Shown: in pieces, positions 10,358 to 20,489 of the stretch
How positions within the stretch are numbered: position 1 is the stretch's first letter
Layout of the letters: every line of letters begins with the position of its first letter
NCBI GenBank assembly: GCA_963747015.1
Contig: CAVVEP010000018.1
Coordinates: 506-64,505 of the forward strand
Length of the DNA stretch: 64,000 nucleotides
Origin: an uncultured delta proteobacterium
GTDB lineage: Bacteria; Desulfobacterota; DSM-4660; Desulfatiglandales; Desulfatiglandaceae
Reading direction: 5' to 3'
Made by a program: the position numbers and the translations under genes
Notes under the pieces: model-generated
What the model saw: the letters and a program-made list of their open reading frames with translations, nothing else
Database searches by the model: none
Told to the model about the DNA's origin: nothing

Positions 10358-11209
10358 ATGGACCAGAATAAGTCTATCAGTCATCCCCTCGATCCTCTCC
10401 TCAGGACGGACAGGATTCCCCACATCTGGTGCCCCGGTTGCGGTATCGGTACGGCCTTTTCTTCGTGTCTTGTTGCAATGAAGGAAAGCGGGATTGATCT
10501 TGGCAAAACGACCATGGTGTCGGGAATCGGTTGTTCCGGGCGGGGCGCCGGGTACGTGAACCTGGATTCGTATCACACGACCCATGGACGGGCTATTCCC
10601 TTTGCAACAGGGATGAAAATGGCAAATCCCGCCTTGAACGTGGTGGTTTTCAGCGGCGATGGAGACCTCTTTGCCATAGGAGGCAACCACTTCATCCATG
10701 CCGCGCGAAGAAATGTGGATCTGACGGTGGTGTGCGTGAATAATTTTAATTACGGGATGACCGGCGGTCAGGCGGCGGCAACGACGCCTCTGTATTCAAA
10801 GACCACAACCACGCAGATGGGCAATCCGGACACCCCTTTCAATCTTCCTCTCCTGGCATACGCCGCGGGGGCCACCTACGTTGCGAGATGGACTATCCTC
10901 CATACGCGCGATCTCACGGAATCCATAAGGGAAGCTATTTTGAACAGAGGATTTTCGTTCGTCGAGGTTCTTTCCCCCTGTCCCGTGAACTATGGCCGGC
11001 GAAACAAAGAAAAACCCTTGGATACACTTCGAATTTATCGGGATAAGAGCATTATCAGGAACAATGCGCCTCCCTCGGAACTGGATCTCGATTTTGATCG
11101 AGCATTAATCCTGGGTAAATTTGTTCATGTGGAAAAGCCCACCTGCTCGGACAGATACGATAACACATGCAGGCCGAATGACCTGCTGGAAGAAACCGGT
11201 CAGGAGTGA
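10358..11209 (+). CDS. 2-oxoacid:ferredoxin oxidoreductase beta subunit (TPP-binding)
   Basis: WCPGCGIG..., the GIGCSGR and FSGDGD TPP motif. ATG 10358 is the plausible start; the longer ORF from 10133 overlaps the alpha gene. Confidence 0.9.
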   Translation: MDQNKSISHPLDPLLRTDRIPHIWCPGCGIGTAFSSCLVAMKESGIDLGKTTMVSGIGCSGRGAGYVNLDSYHTTHGRAIPFATGMKMANPALNVVVFSGDGDLFAIGGNHFIHAARRNVDLTVVCVNNFNYGMTGGQAAATTPLYSKTTTTQMGNPDTPFNLPLLAYAAGATYVARWTILHTRDLTESIREAILNRGFSFVEVLSPCPVNYGRRNKEKPLDTLRIYRDKSIIRNNAPPSELDLDFDRALILGKFVHVEKPTCSDRYDNTCRPNDLLEETGQE

Positions 11210-11871
11210 AAACCGACATGCGTTCTACAGATTCTGAAAATGCGACGCGGGAAAATCCGGAAGGCGTGGAAGTGCGGAAGGCCCGGGCAGGGAAACAGGA
11301 AATCCTCTTCACCGGGTTCGGAGGCCAGGGAATTGTTCTGGCCGGCCGGATTCTTGGAAAGGCCGCGGCCATCGGAGATCACCGAAACAGCACCCTTGTG
11401 CAGGCCTATGGTCCCGAGGCCCGCGGGGGCGCCTGCAGCGCCCAGGTCATCATATCCGACGGGGCCATTCACTATCCCTATGTGAGAAAACCCGCCATTC
11501 TGGTCTGTATGTCGCAAGCCGGTTTTGACAAATTCATCGACCAGATGGCGGAAAACGGGGTCCTTTTGATCGATCAGGATCTGGTAGCCTCACCAGGAGA
11601 AAAAGCGAAAGATTGTTTTTCCATACCATCCACCCGCCTGGCGGAGGAAATGGGCCGGAAGATGATGGCGAACATCATTATGTTCGGTTTTTTCACTGCC
11701 GTTACAGGGGCTGTTTCCGTGGATGCGGCAAGGATGGCCGTAAAAGAATCCGTACCAAAGGGGACTGAGGATATGAATATCAGCGCGTTTAACAAGGGAC
11801 ACGATTACGGTATCGCCATATTGAAAGGGAGGCAAAAGAAGGCCACTGCCGGGACAGGAGAACACCCATGA
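11206..11871 (+). CDS. 2-oxoacid:ferredoxin oxidoreductase gamma subunit
   Basis: ILFTGFGGQGIVLAGRILGKAA and EARGGAC motifs. 4-bp overlaps with both neighbours. Confidence 0.85.
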   Translation: MKTDMRSTDSENATRENPEGVEVRKARAGKQEILFTGFGGQGIVLAGRILGKAAAIGDHRNSTLVQAYGPEARGGACSAQVIISDGAIHYPYVRKPAILVCMSQAGFDKFIDQMAENGVLLIDQDLVASPGEKAKDCFSIPSTRLAEEMGRKMMANIIMFGFFTAVTGAVSVDAARMAVKESVPKGTEDMNISAFNKGHDYGIAILKGRQKKATAGTGEHP

Positions 11872-14800
11872 AACGCCCCAAGGATCGCTTGCATAAAGTC
11901 ATCGTCATCGGGGCTACACCCGCGGGAATTGCTGCCGCCAATAAACTTGGAGAATTGGGTATCCCGGTAACGCTCGTGGATTGCGAGAACGATCTGGACC
12001 AGAAGCTGGCCAGGGAGGAATGGCGCCTGGATTCGGGTGTGCCCTTCAATTTCGCCCAAAGATCGGGGCTGATCCGATTGATGCAGAATCCCCGGATCGA
12101 TTGCGTGCTGTCCGCCAGGATCGAATCACTGAAGCATACCCCCCAGGGATTTCGTGCGAAAATCAGAAAATCCCCTGAATATGTGGATCCCGAACGGTGC
12201 GTCCTTTGCGGCCGTTGTGTTCAGGTCTGTCCTGTTGTCACCCCGAACGGAAATTCTCCCATCCTTTTCAATAACAGAAGATCGCTTCCCGGCCGACCCG
12301 TCATAGACAAGCGGATGCAACCCCAGTGTCAGGCGGGATGCCCATTGGGCGTAAACGCCCAGGCCTATATTGCCCTGACAAGGGCGGGGAGGTACAAAGA
12401 GGCATTGCATATTATCAGGGAAGATAATGTGCTGCCCGGCATCTGTGGAAGGATATGCACCCACCCGTGCGAGGCGTCATGCCGGCGCGGGGAGCTTGAT
12501 GAGCCGATTGCCATCAGGGATATCAAACGATTCTTGGCGGACTACGAGGGTTCCCACAACGAGGAGATGGAAATCCGGAAAAATGGAAAAAAAATCGCCA
12601 TAGTGGGCTCGGGTCCCGCGGGGTTGGCCGCCGCGGGAGATCTGGCCCGATGGGGATACGAGGTGACGATTTTTGAAAAGGAAGAAAAGCCCGGAGGGCT
12701 CCTTCAGTATGGAATCGGCGCTCACCGGCTGCCGCGAGATGTTCTGGAGAGAGACCTTGCGTATATTCGAAACCTCGGTGCAACCTTTGTGACTTCCCAT
12801 GCCGTAGACCTTCAGCATGGATGGGATAGCCTCAAAAATGGCTTCGATGCAGTGATCGTCACCACCGGTTCATGGGCCGACCGCCGGCTTGGAGTTCCCG
12901 GTGAAGATCTTACAGGCGTTGACGGATGCCTCCATGTCCTCCGTTCCTATTATAGAAACCGGCCGGGTGACGATGATGAGACAGACGGAGAAGACGACCG
13001 GGAACCGGAAGAGTCCATCGCGGTCATCGGAGACGGCAATGCGGCCTTCGACCTGGCCAGGACCATGAGGAGACTGGGAAATCAGGTCACGATTGTTACG
13101 TGGTTTCCCGAGGAAATGATTCCGGCTGACGGATATGAAGTCCGGGAGGCCGTGGAGGAAGGGATTCAGATAGTGGATCGAACCCGGGTGGTCGGTTTCA
13201 AGGGGGAAAACGGCCGGTTTACCCACCTGGAATGCCGTCCCACGGAACCGGGGAAACCGGATTCCAATGGGATTCCCTGGCCCGTGATCATCGAGCCATC
13301 CGAGACCTTCCTTCTCGGGTTTGATCGTGCCATTGTGGCCATCGGCCAAACAGGCGCCTATTTGCCGGAGGGCGGAGAGAGAATAAACGATGCAGGGAGT
13401 CTGGAGATAACCTCCGCGGGTTTCGTGCAGGTGAATGAAAAATGGCATACGAATATTCCGTCTGTTTATGCGGCCGGTGATGCGGTGTCCGGTCCTTCCA
13501 GCGTGGTCCAGTCCATGGCTTCCGGGAGGTCCGCGGCAAGATCCGTCCACGAAGATGTCAGCGGGGTGACGGTTTCCAGCCGGAAGGATTCGAGGCCCGA
13601 GGATTCGCCTTTTCCTGAAATCCCCAAAGATATTCCCTCTCTCGCGCGGGCGACAATGCCGGAAAGGCAGCCTTCTGTAAGACAGGACAGCTTTTTGGAG
13701 GTTGCTCTCGGGCTGGGTGAAACCCAGGCCGTCTTTGAATCGGAGCGTTGCCTCCAGTGCGGCATATGCTCCGAGTGTTTTCTGTGCGTGGAGGCATGCG
13801 GCGCCATTTCCGCCATCAATCACAAGGAAGGGCCCCGGGAGCTTATTGAACATGCGGGGGTGGTTATTATCGCCGATCCGGAAAACGTGCCTCCTATAAA
13901 AGGAGAAGATGTGGTTCGGGCCTATGGTCCGAAAACCGCCAGATCCGACGTGCATGCCATGATAACCAGGGGCTTTGCAGCGGCCGCGAACGCCATGATC
14001 ATGTTGAGCGGTACCTCTCAAAGACCGAGAGGGAGAGGGGTGTCTTTCCTGCCTCCCGACCCTGACCTTTCCCCCGAAATACGGATAGGGATCTTCGTCT
14101 GCAGGTGCAATGATGCATTGGGATGGCTTGATGAGATGGATCGAGTATGTTCGGGACCTTCAGGCCAGAGAACGGGTTGTCCATGCCGAGGTCTTGAACG
14201 CGGCCTGTATTCCTGAAGGGTCCGTGGGCATCCTGCGATCCATCAGAGAAAAAGGGATCACAAGGATGGTCCTGGCATCCTGCGTGTGCTGCCCTCTTGA
14301 TTTTGTCTGCAGTACCTGCACGGATCAGCGGAGCAGGCTGAAGAACGCCCTGTTTCGGGGAACCGGCGTCAGCCGATCCATGGTGGAAACCTGCAATTTG
14401 CGGGGAGAAGCCCTTCGTTACATCGCCCAGGATCGGTCGATGGCATTGGCCCGTTTTTCCGGCCTCATCGATCGTTCCATTAAAAGGGTCTCGAACCTGA
14501 TGCCGCTTCCAGCGCCCGTGAGGAACTACAACTTCACCACCGCGGTTATCGGGAAGTCTGATGCAACCTTGACCAGCGCGAAGACCCTTTCCCGGGCAGG
14601 GCTTGAGGTCTTTATGTTCGGCTGTGGGGAACCCTTTCCGGAAAAAGATCCGCACTATCAGAATATTCACTGTTTTGAAGGCGCAACGGTCAACGGGATA
14701 AGAGGCAGCCTTGGAAATTTTCACATTTATATCGACACGGAAGGTTTTCAGCAAGCCATACAGGTCGGGGCTGTAATCCTGGGGGAGAAATCCAGGGCAA

Positions 14801-15300
14801 CAATTCCGTATATTCCACAGAAGGGATTGAAAAGCTCCATGATTGCTTCGAAGATGCAGACGAGGGGGGTCACCGGGACGCCTTTTCTCTATCCTGGAGC
14901 GACCTCCATCGCGGGTCTTTTTCTGGCAAACCCTCCGGGCATCCATGTATCCGAGCGGATACATGGTTCCGCGGCCGCGTTGTTGGCCGCGGCCGTCATG
15001 CCGAGGGGACCTCGACAGAGCAAAGGATTTACCGTGGTGGTGGACGAGGAGATGTGCCGGGGATGTGGAAGGTGTTTGAAAGTCTGCCCGTACCAGGCCA
15101 TCACGCTGCACGAAAATCAGGCAGGCGGCTGGCATGCGGAGGTGGATGAAGCATTGTGCAAGGGGTGCGGCAACTGCATTTCCGTGTGTCCTTCAAATGC
15201 TGCCGACAGTCCTTACCGAAACCAGAAATTTCTGGAGAACCTGCTGAAGGAGGTCCTTGTTCAGCAACCGGAGAGGCGCCACGCAACCGATGGGACATAA
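11868..15300 (+). CDS. Giant HdrL-type flavo-iron-sulfur protein (HdrA-like modules fused to a GltD/NfnB-like NAD(P)H module). One frame break at ~14140.
   Basis: VIVIGATPAGIAAA Rossmann fold plus CVLCGRCVQVCP. A GltD-like CPLGVNAQ...GICGRICTHPCEASCRRG with IAIVGSGPAGLAAA. CLQCGICSECFLCVEAC. An HdrA-like IGIFVCRCNDALG. A C-terminal CRGCGRCLKVCP/CKGCGNCISVCP pair. ORFs 11868-14216 and 14110-15300 are both protein-like across the junction. Confidence 0.75.
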
Positions 15301-15303
15301 CCT

Positions 15304-16887
15304 ATGAAAGATATGAAAATCATTCTGTTTCTGTGCAGCTGGGGCCCCCATGCGGCCTACCAGACGCTTCAGGACAACATGGCTTCCATTCCGGGGGATA
15401 TCAAGATGGTGCGAATCCCCTGCACGGGAAGGATCAGCAAGGCCCTGCTTTTGAAATCTTTTGAAATGGGAGCGGACGGCGTGGCTCTCGTGGGATGTGA
15501 ACCCGGAACCTGCCGTTACGGGACCGGAACCGACAATGCCCATGAGCATGTGACGGATACCCGCGGGATTCTGGATCTTCTGGGATTGGGCAGAAGCCGC
15601 CTTCGGCTCACTACATTTCTTCCCGATGAGTCGGAGAAGCTTCTTGCGTTTTTGACCGATTTTGCCAGGGAGATAGCGGAAATGGGTGAAAGTCCCGTCA
15701 TACCGGTATCGGGAGACGAGGACCGTAAGGAAACGGACCCGGAACTGAAGCGTATTCTTTCCACCCATGATGTATATGCCTGCCAGGACTGCGGGAAGTG
15801 TTCGTCAGCCTGTCCGTTGACATTGTCGGGGAAGCTTTTTTCTCCAAGGGCCCTGGCGGGCGCCGTTATATCCGGACGTTTTGATGAGCCCGATGTAAAA
15901 AAGGATGTGTGGTCCTGCCTCACGTGCGGCCTGTGTTATGACCGGTGTCCATCGAGCGTGAATTTCTCCGAATTTGTTCGAGATTTGCGTGTTTTCCTTC
16001 AGGAGAGAAGTGTGGACCCCCATTTATCTCACGGAGGGTTCTTTCAGTCACTCATGAGGACCATGACTTCCGAGAATCTGCGGATATCCCACTGGGAATG
16101 GCTCCCATCGGATGTCCAGGTAAGTCCCGAGAGCAAGACCTTGTTTTTTGGCGGATGCGCCCCCTATTTCGATCTCTTTTTCAGAAAACATCTGGGAACC
16201 AAAACGCGGGATATCCTGGTGGACAGCATTCGGCTGCTCAATTTTTTTGATATCCATCCTTTGTTGGTTCCCGGCGAGCGGTGCTGCGGTCATGATCTTC
16301 TCTGGTCCGGAGACAGGGAAAATTTCCTGAAACTGGCAAAATTGAATGCCGAGATGTTGAACGATAGCGGTGTGGAAGAAATAGTTACGGCCTGTCCGGA
16401 GTGTTATCGGACGCTTCACAAGGACTATGAAGATTTCGGCATTCACCTGAACGCCCGGGTAACCCATATCTATGAGCTCCTGGAAAAGGAGATCGACAAA
16501 GGCGCCGTTGGTTTCCGGAAGATGGAGAACAGGATCACCTTTCAAGACCCATGCAGGCTGAGCCGCTTTGAAAACCGTGCGGATCTGCCGAGAAAATTGA
16601 TCGATCGCCTGAATCCGGAGGCATTTACAGAGATGCAGGACTTCGGATCCAGTGCCGTCTGTTGCGGGAACAGCGCCTGGGTTGGATGTGACGCCTTCAG
16701 CAAGGCCCTTCAGGTGAAGCGTATTCGGCAGGCGATCCGGACAAAAAGCGATTTGTTGGTGACAGCCTGCCCCAAATGCCAGATTCATCTCCGCTGTGCC
16801 ATGGAGGATCCTTTTTTAGGCGAGGAATTGAATATGGAGATGGCTGATCTTACGAGCGTCCTTGCTCGGAGCATACAGTGGGAATAG
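15304..16887 (+). CDS. MvhD-HdrC-HdrB fusion protein
   Basis: N-terminal MvhD-like IILFLCSWGPHAAY...VRIPCTGR...GCEPGTCRY. 2x[4Fe-4S] motifs CQDCGKCSSACP and CLTCGLCYDRCP (HdrC-like). Two CCG-type Cys-rich domains (ERCCGHD, VCCGNS...CPKC), HdrB-like. Confidence 0.8.
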   Translation: MKDMKIILFLCSWGPHAAYQTLQDNMASIPGDIKMVRIPCTGRISKALLLKSFEMGADGVALVGCEPGTCRYGTGTDNAHEHVTDTRGILDLLGLGRSRLRLTTFLPDESEKLLAFLTDFAREIAEMGESPVIPVSGDEDRKETDPELKRILSTHDVYACQDCGKCSSACPLTLSGKLFSPRALAGAVISGRFDEPDVKKDVWSCLTCGLCYDRCPSSVNFSEFVRDLRVFLQERSVDPHLSHGGFFQSLMRTMTSENLRISHWEWLPSDVQVSPESKTLFFGGCAPYFDLFFRKHLGTKTRDILVDSIRLLNFFDIHPLLVPGERCCGHDLLWSGDRENFLKLAKLNAEMLNDSGVEEIVTACPECYRTLHKDYEDFGIHLNARVTHIYELLEKEIDKGAVGFRKMENRITFQDPCRLSRFENRADLPRKLIDRLNPEAFTEMQDFGSSAVCCGNSAWVGCDAFSKALQVKRIRQAIRTKSDLLVTACPKCQIHLRCAMEDPFLGEELNMEMADLTSVLARSIQWE

Positions 16888-16955
16888 GAAATTGCGGTAT
16901 CTTTCAATGAAATTAGAAATATGTTACATCTCCTTGAAAACGGTGTGAGGAAAAA

Positions 16956-19368
16956 ATGAAAAGCAATGGGAATGAAGAGGCCCGTATCGGGGTTTACGTC
17001 TGCCACTGCGGTCTGAATATCGCCCAGACGGTGGATTGCCGAAAAGTGGCGGAAGCGGCTGCTGATCTTGACCACGTCGTGGTTTCCAAGGATATCAGTT
17101 ATGCGTGCTCCGAACCGGGCCAGCAGGAAATGAAAGAGGATATTCAGGAATTCAACCTGGACCGGGTTGTTGTGGCTTCCTGTTCGCCGAGGCTGCATGA
17201 GCCGACTTTCAGGCAGATGCTCGGGTCCGCCGGCTTAAATCCCTATCTGCTGGAAATGGCCAACCTGCGGGAGCAGTGCAGTTGGGTCCACATGAAAGAG
17301 CCGGAGGCCGCAACCCGAAAAAGCCTGGACCTGGTGAAAATGGCCGTTTCCCGTATTGAGCTTCTCCAGCCCCTGAAAGGAGAAACCCTTCCGCTGACCA
17401 AGCGCGCCCTGGTTATCGGTGGCGGTATCGCCGGGATACAGGCCTCCCTGGATCTGGCGGACAACGGTTACGAGGTGGCCCTCGTGGAAAAGCGTCCGTC
17501 CATCGGGGGGGTCATGGCCCAGCTTGACAAGACGTTTCCAACCATGGACTGCTCCATCTGAATTTTCGGTCCGAAAATGACGGATGTCGGTCGACATCCC
17601 CGAATCACGCTGCATACCCTGAGTGAAGTGGTTGACGTCAAAGGCTATGTGGGAAATTTTGAAGTAAGCATCCGCAAGAAGGCCCGGTACGTAAATGAAA
17701 AGGAATGCACGGCCTGTGGAGACTGCGCCAGGGCCTGCCCGGTTGTGAGACCCGACGAATTCAATCTGGGACTGTCTTCAAGAAGAGCTATTTTCAGCCC
17801 GTTTCCTCAGGCTGTCCCTTCGGCCTACGCTATCAATATCCATGAATGTCTGGGGCATAACCCTGTTGTATGCGCCAAATGCGTCGACGCCTGTGATAAG
17901 AAGTGCATCGATTTTCACATGTCCGACGAAGAGATCGTTGAGCAGGTGGGTTCCATAATCGTGGCTACGGGCCTCGAGGTGTATGACCCGAAAGAGCTGG
18001 ATGAATATGCTTATACGCGTTTTGAAAATGTCTTGACCAGCCTGGAATTTGAACGTCTCGTAAACGCCGGCGGTCCCTCCAAGGGAGAGCTGATCCGGCC
18101 GGGAGACCGAAAACATCCCAAGTCGGTGGGATTTGTGCAGTGCGTCGGTTCCCGTTCGTCCCGGAAAGGGGGCAGCTACTGCTCCAATGTCTGCTGCATG
18201 AATACGGTTAAAAGCACCCTGGTGCTCAAGGAACATTATCCCGACATGGAGGTCAAAGTCTTCTATATCGATATGCGGGCCTTTGGCAAAGGGTTTGAAG
18301 ACCTGTATACCCGCAGTCGGAGACTGGGCGTTCAATATGTGCGGGGGTTGCCCGGCACCGTGGAGGAAGATCCCCATGGAGGGTTGCGCGTTGCGGTGGA
18401 AAATACGGCCACCGGCCGCGTGGAAATTCATGATCTGGATATGCTGGTGCTCGCCCTGGGCATTAAACCCGCTGCAAGCACCCAGAGGCTTCAGGAAATG
18501 CTGGGGCTTCAACTGACCCCGGACGGCTTTTTCCTGGAGGCGCACCCAAAGCTGCAACCCGTGGATGCGGCCACCTCGGGCGTGTTCTATGCCGGATGCG
18601 CGGAGGCCCCGAAGGATATTAAGGAGAGTGTTACCCAGGCGTCCGCCGCGGCAGGAAGGGCCATTCGTTTAATGCACAAGGGGGAGATCACCACCGAACC
18701 GATCACCTCCCTGGTGATCGCGGAACAGTGCAAGGCCTGTGGGAAATGCGCGGAGGTCTGTCCTTACAATGCCATCACGCGTGGATGTGAAGAGAAAGAT
18801 TCCGGCCGTGGTGAACACGGCTGCCTGTGCCGGGTGCGGGACCTGCGCCGCCGAATGCGCCTTCGGGGCCATTACCATGAACCATTTTACCGACAATCAG
18901 ATCCTGAGCCAGGTGCACGCCCTGCTGGAAGAAAATCCCGATGAAAAGATCCTGGCCTTTGCCTGTAACTGGTGTTCCTACGCCGGGGCGGATTACGCCG
19001 GGGTATCCCGCCTGCAATACCCCCCGAATGTCCGGCTCATCAGGACCATGTGTTCGGGTCGGGTGGATGAAAAGTTCATCTGGGAAGGTTTCAGGCTGGG
19101 TGCTCCCGTGATCCTTGTAAGCGGCTGCCATATCGGCGACTGTCATTATATCGACGCGAACCACTGGACGGAAAAACGGATCATGAAAGTGCGCAAGAAG
19201 ATGTCCAAGCTGGGCATTCGTCCCCAGAGACTCCAACTTGAATGGATCAGCGCCGCGGAAGGAATCCGTTTCGCCGAGGTGATGAATCAAATGGATGCGC
19301 TCAGGAAAAGCGTCACGGCCGATGAGATATCGGAAACGATCCGGATCCTGCAGTCCGGAGAAAAATAG
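16956..19368 (+). CDS. hdrA: Heterodisulfide reductase subunit A (selenocysteine at UGA 17559-17561) fused to a C-terminal MvhD-like domain. One frame break at ~18780.
   Basis: RIGVYVCHCGLNIA, VIGGGIAGIQASLDLA, and GGVMAQLDKTFPTMDCSI-TGA-ILGPKM, where other HdrA have DCSxC(U)IL. ORFs 16956-17561 and 17577-18944 are in the same frame. The C-terminus CPYNAIT | VDVKRKIPAVVNTAACAGCGTCAAEC continues in ORF 18739-19368 with MvhD motifs (ILAFACNWCSYAGADYAG, IRTMCSGRV, SGCHIGDCHY). Confidence 0.8.
17559..17600 (+). promoter_or_regulatory. UGA(Sec) recoding site with candidate bacterial SECIS hairpins
   Basis: In-frame TGA at 17559-17561. It is followed immediately by a perfect 7-bp hairpin ATTTTCG-GTC-CGAAAAT (17562-17578), then a perfect 7-bp hairpin GGATGTC-GGTC-GACATCC (17582-17599). 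Confidence 0.55.
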
Positions 19369-19424
19369 CGCATGAAGCGCAACGGCCTCTTCCTTTCCTC
19401 TAAACATCAAAAAAATGCATTGTC

Positions 19425-20216
19425 ATGATTATTGATTTTCATACCCATATATGGCCGGCGGAATCGGCCCGGAAGGCGCTCGACAGTGTTCGACGCCGGG
19501 CCAGTATCCCTCACTATACAGATGGCACCCTGAATGGACTCCTCCATTCCATGAAGAGCGCAGGGGTTGATTTCTCCGCCGTCAGCCGGATTACCTCCCG
19601 GCCCGATCAGGTGACTATCGTCAACGAATGGGTACGGAGCACGGCTCAAGAAAACATTATCCCCATGGCGGGTTGGCTGCCGGATCTGCCTGTGGAGCCG
19701 GACCTGATCGGCAGATTAAAAGCCCGGGGATTCAAGTGTATGAAATTTCATCCGGATTACCAGGGGTTTTATGTGGATGAGAGGAGAATGTATCCTTTTT
19801 ATGAAGCGGCGGAGGCCGAAGATATGCCTATCCTCTTCCATGCGGGTCTTGATCGCGGTCTTAAGCCTCCCTGGCGTGCAATGCCCGAAAAGATTGCAGG
19901 TGTTTGCAGAGATTTTCCTAAACTTCGTGTGGTTGCGGCGCATATGGGCGGTGAGGACAATTACGATGAAACGGAAACGTTTCTTCTGGGCAAGGATATC
20001 TATCTGGATACTGCGTTTATCCTGAGGCAAATGCCTGTTCATATCCTTGAACGGTTTACTCGAAAACACTCTGTGGATCGCATCCTGTTCGGGAGCGACA
20101 GCCCATGGGGCGATCCGGCTGAAGACCTGGAATATTTCTTTTCACTGCCGTTCCTCAACCAGCGGGCCAAAGAGAAAATCGCAGGGGGGAACGCCGCTGC
20201 GTTGTTAGGTTTATAG
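19425..20216 (+). CDS. Amidohydrolase-family (TIM-barrel metal-dependent) hydrolase
   Basis: MIIDFHTHIW start with the HxH metal motif. 263 aa, typical of the amidohydrolase_2 family. Confidence 0.8.
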   Translation: MIIDFHTHIWPAESARKALDSVRRRASIPHYTDGTLNGLLHSMKSAGVDFSAVSRITSRPDQVTIVNEWVRSTAQENIIPMAGWLPDLPVEPDLIGRLKARGFKCMKFHPDYQGFYVDERRMYPFYEAAEAEDMPILFHAGLDRGLKPPWRAMPEKIAGVCRDFPKLRVVAAHMGGEDNYDETETFLLGKDIYLDTAFILRQMPVHILERFTRKHSVDRILFGSDSPWGDPAEDLEYFFSLPFLNQRAKEKIAGGNAAALLGL

Positions 20217-20478
20217 CGACTCCCGCCTTTTCGCTGCGTTCTCCAATCCCGTCAGTGCATCCTTTTCGATGGCGTCGTCTTCTTGTTGAAGCGAATTCAG
20301 TTCGGGGATCCTTTTAAGATTTATCACAACCGAAGGCAGTTCAACCCGGTGCTTCATATTGGGCAAGATATCGGTTCCGCCGGCAAGAAATTTGGCGCCT
20401 GGTTCATCAAGCAAAATGGTTGATGCCTCCTCGATGCTTTCTGGCTGCTATCGGAATTCGGGCAATCGCACAGTGAAC
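20211..20478 (-). pseudogene. Truncated paralog fragment of the FAD-binding (HcrB/CoxM-like) subunit gene, with an in-frame stop
   Basis: About 80% nucleotide identity to 25520-25785, including the RBS/leader CACAGTGAACCTCC. It translates as MRRFTVRLPEFR*QPESIEEASTILLDEPGAKFLAGGTDILPNMKHRVELPSV..., against MRLPKFRYVAPESVKEASTILLDEPGAKCLAGGTDILPNMKHKVELPSV for the intact gene. Similarity ends after about 85 codons. Confidence 0.7.
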
Positions 20479-20489
20479 CTCCTCATGTT

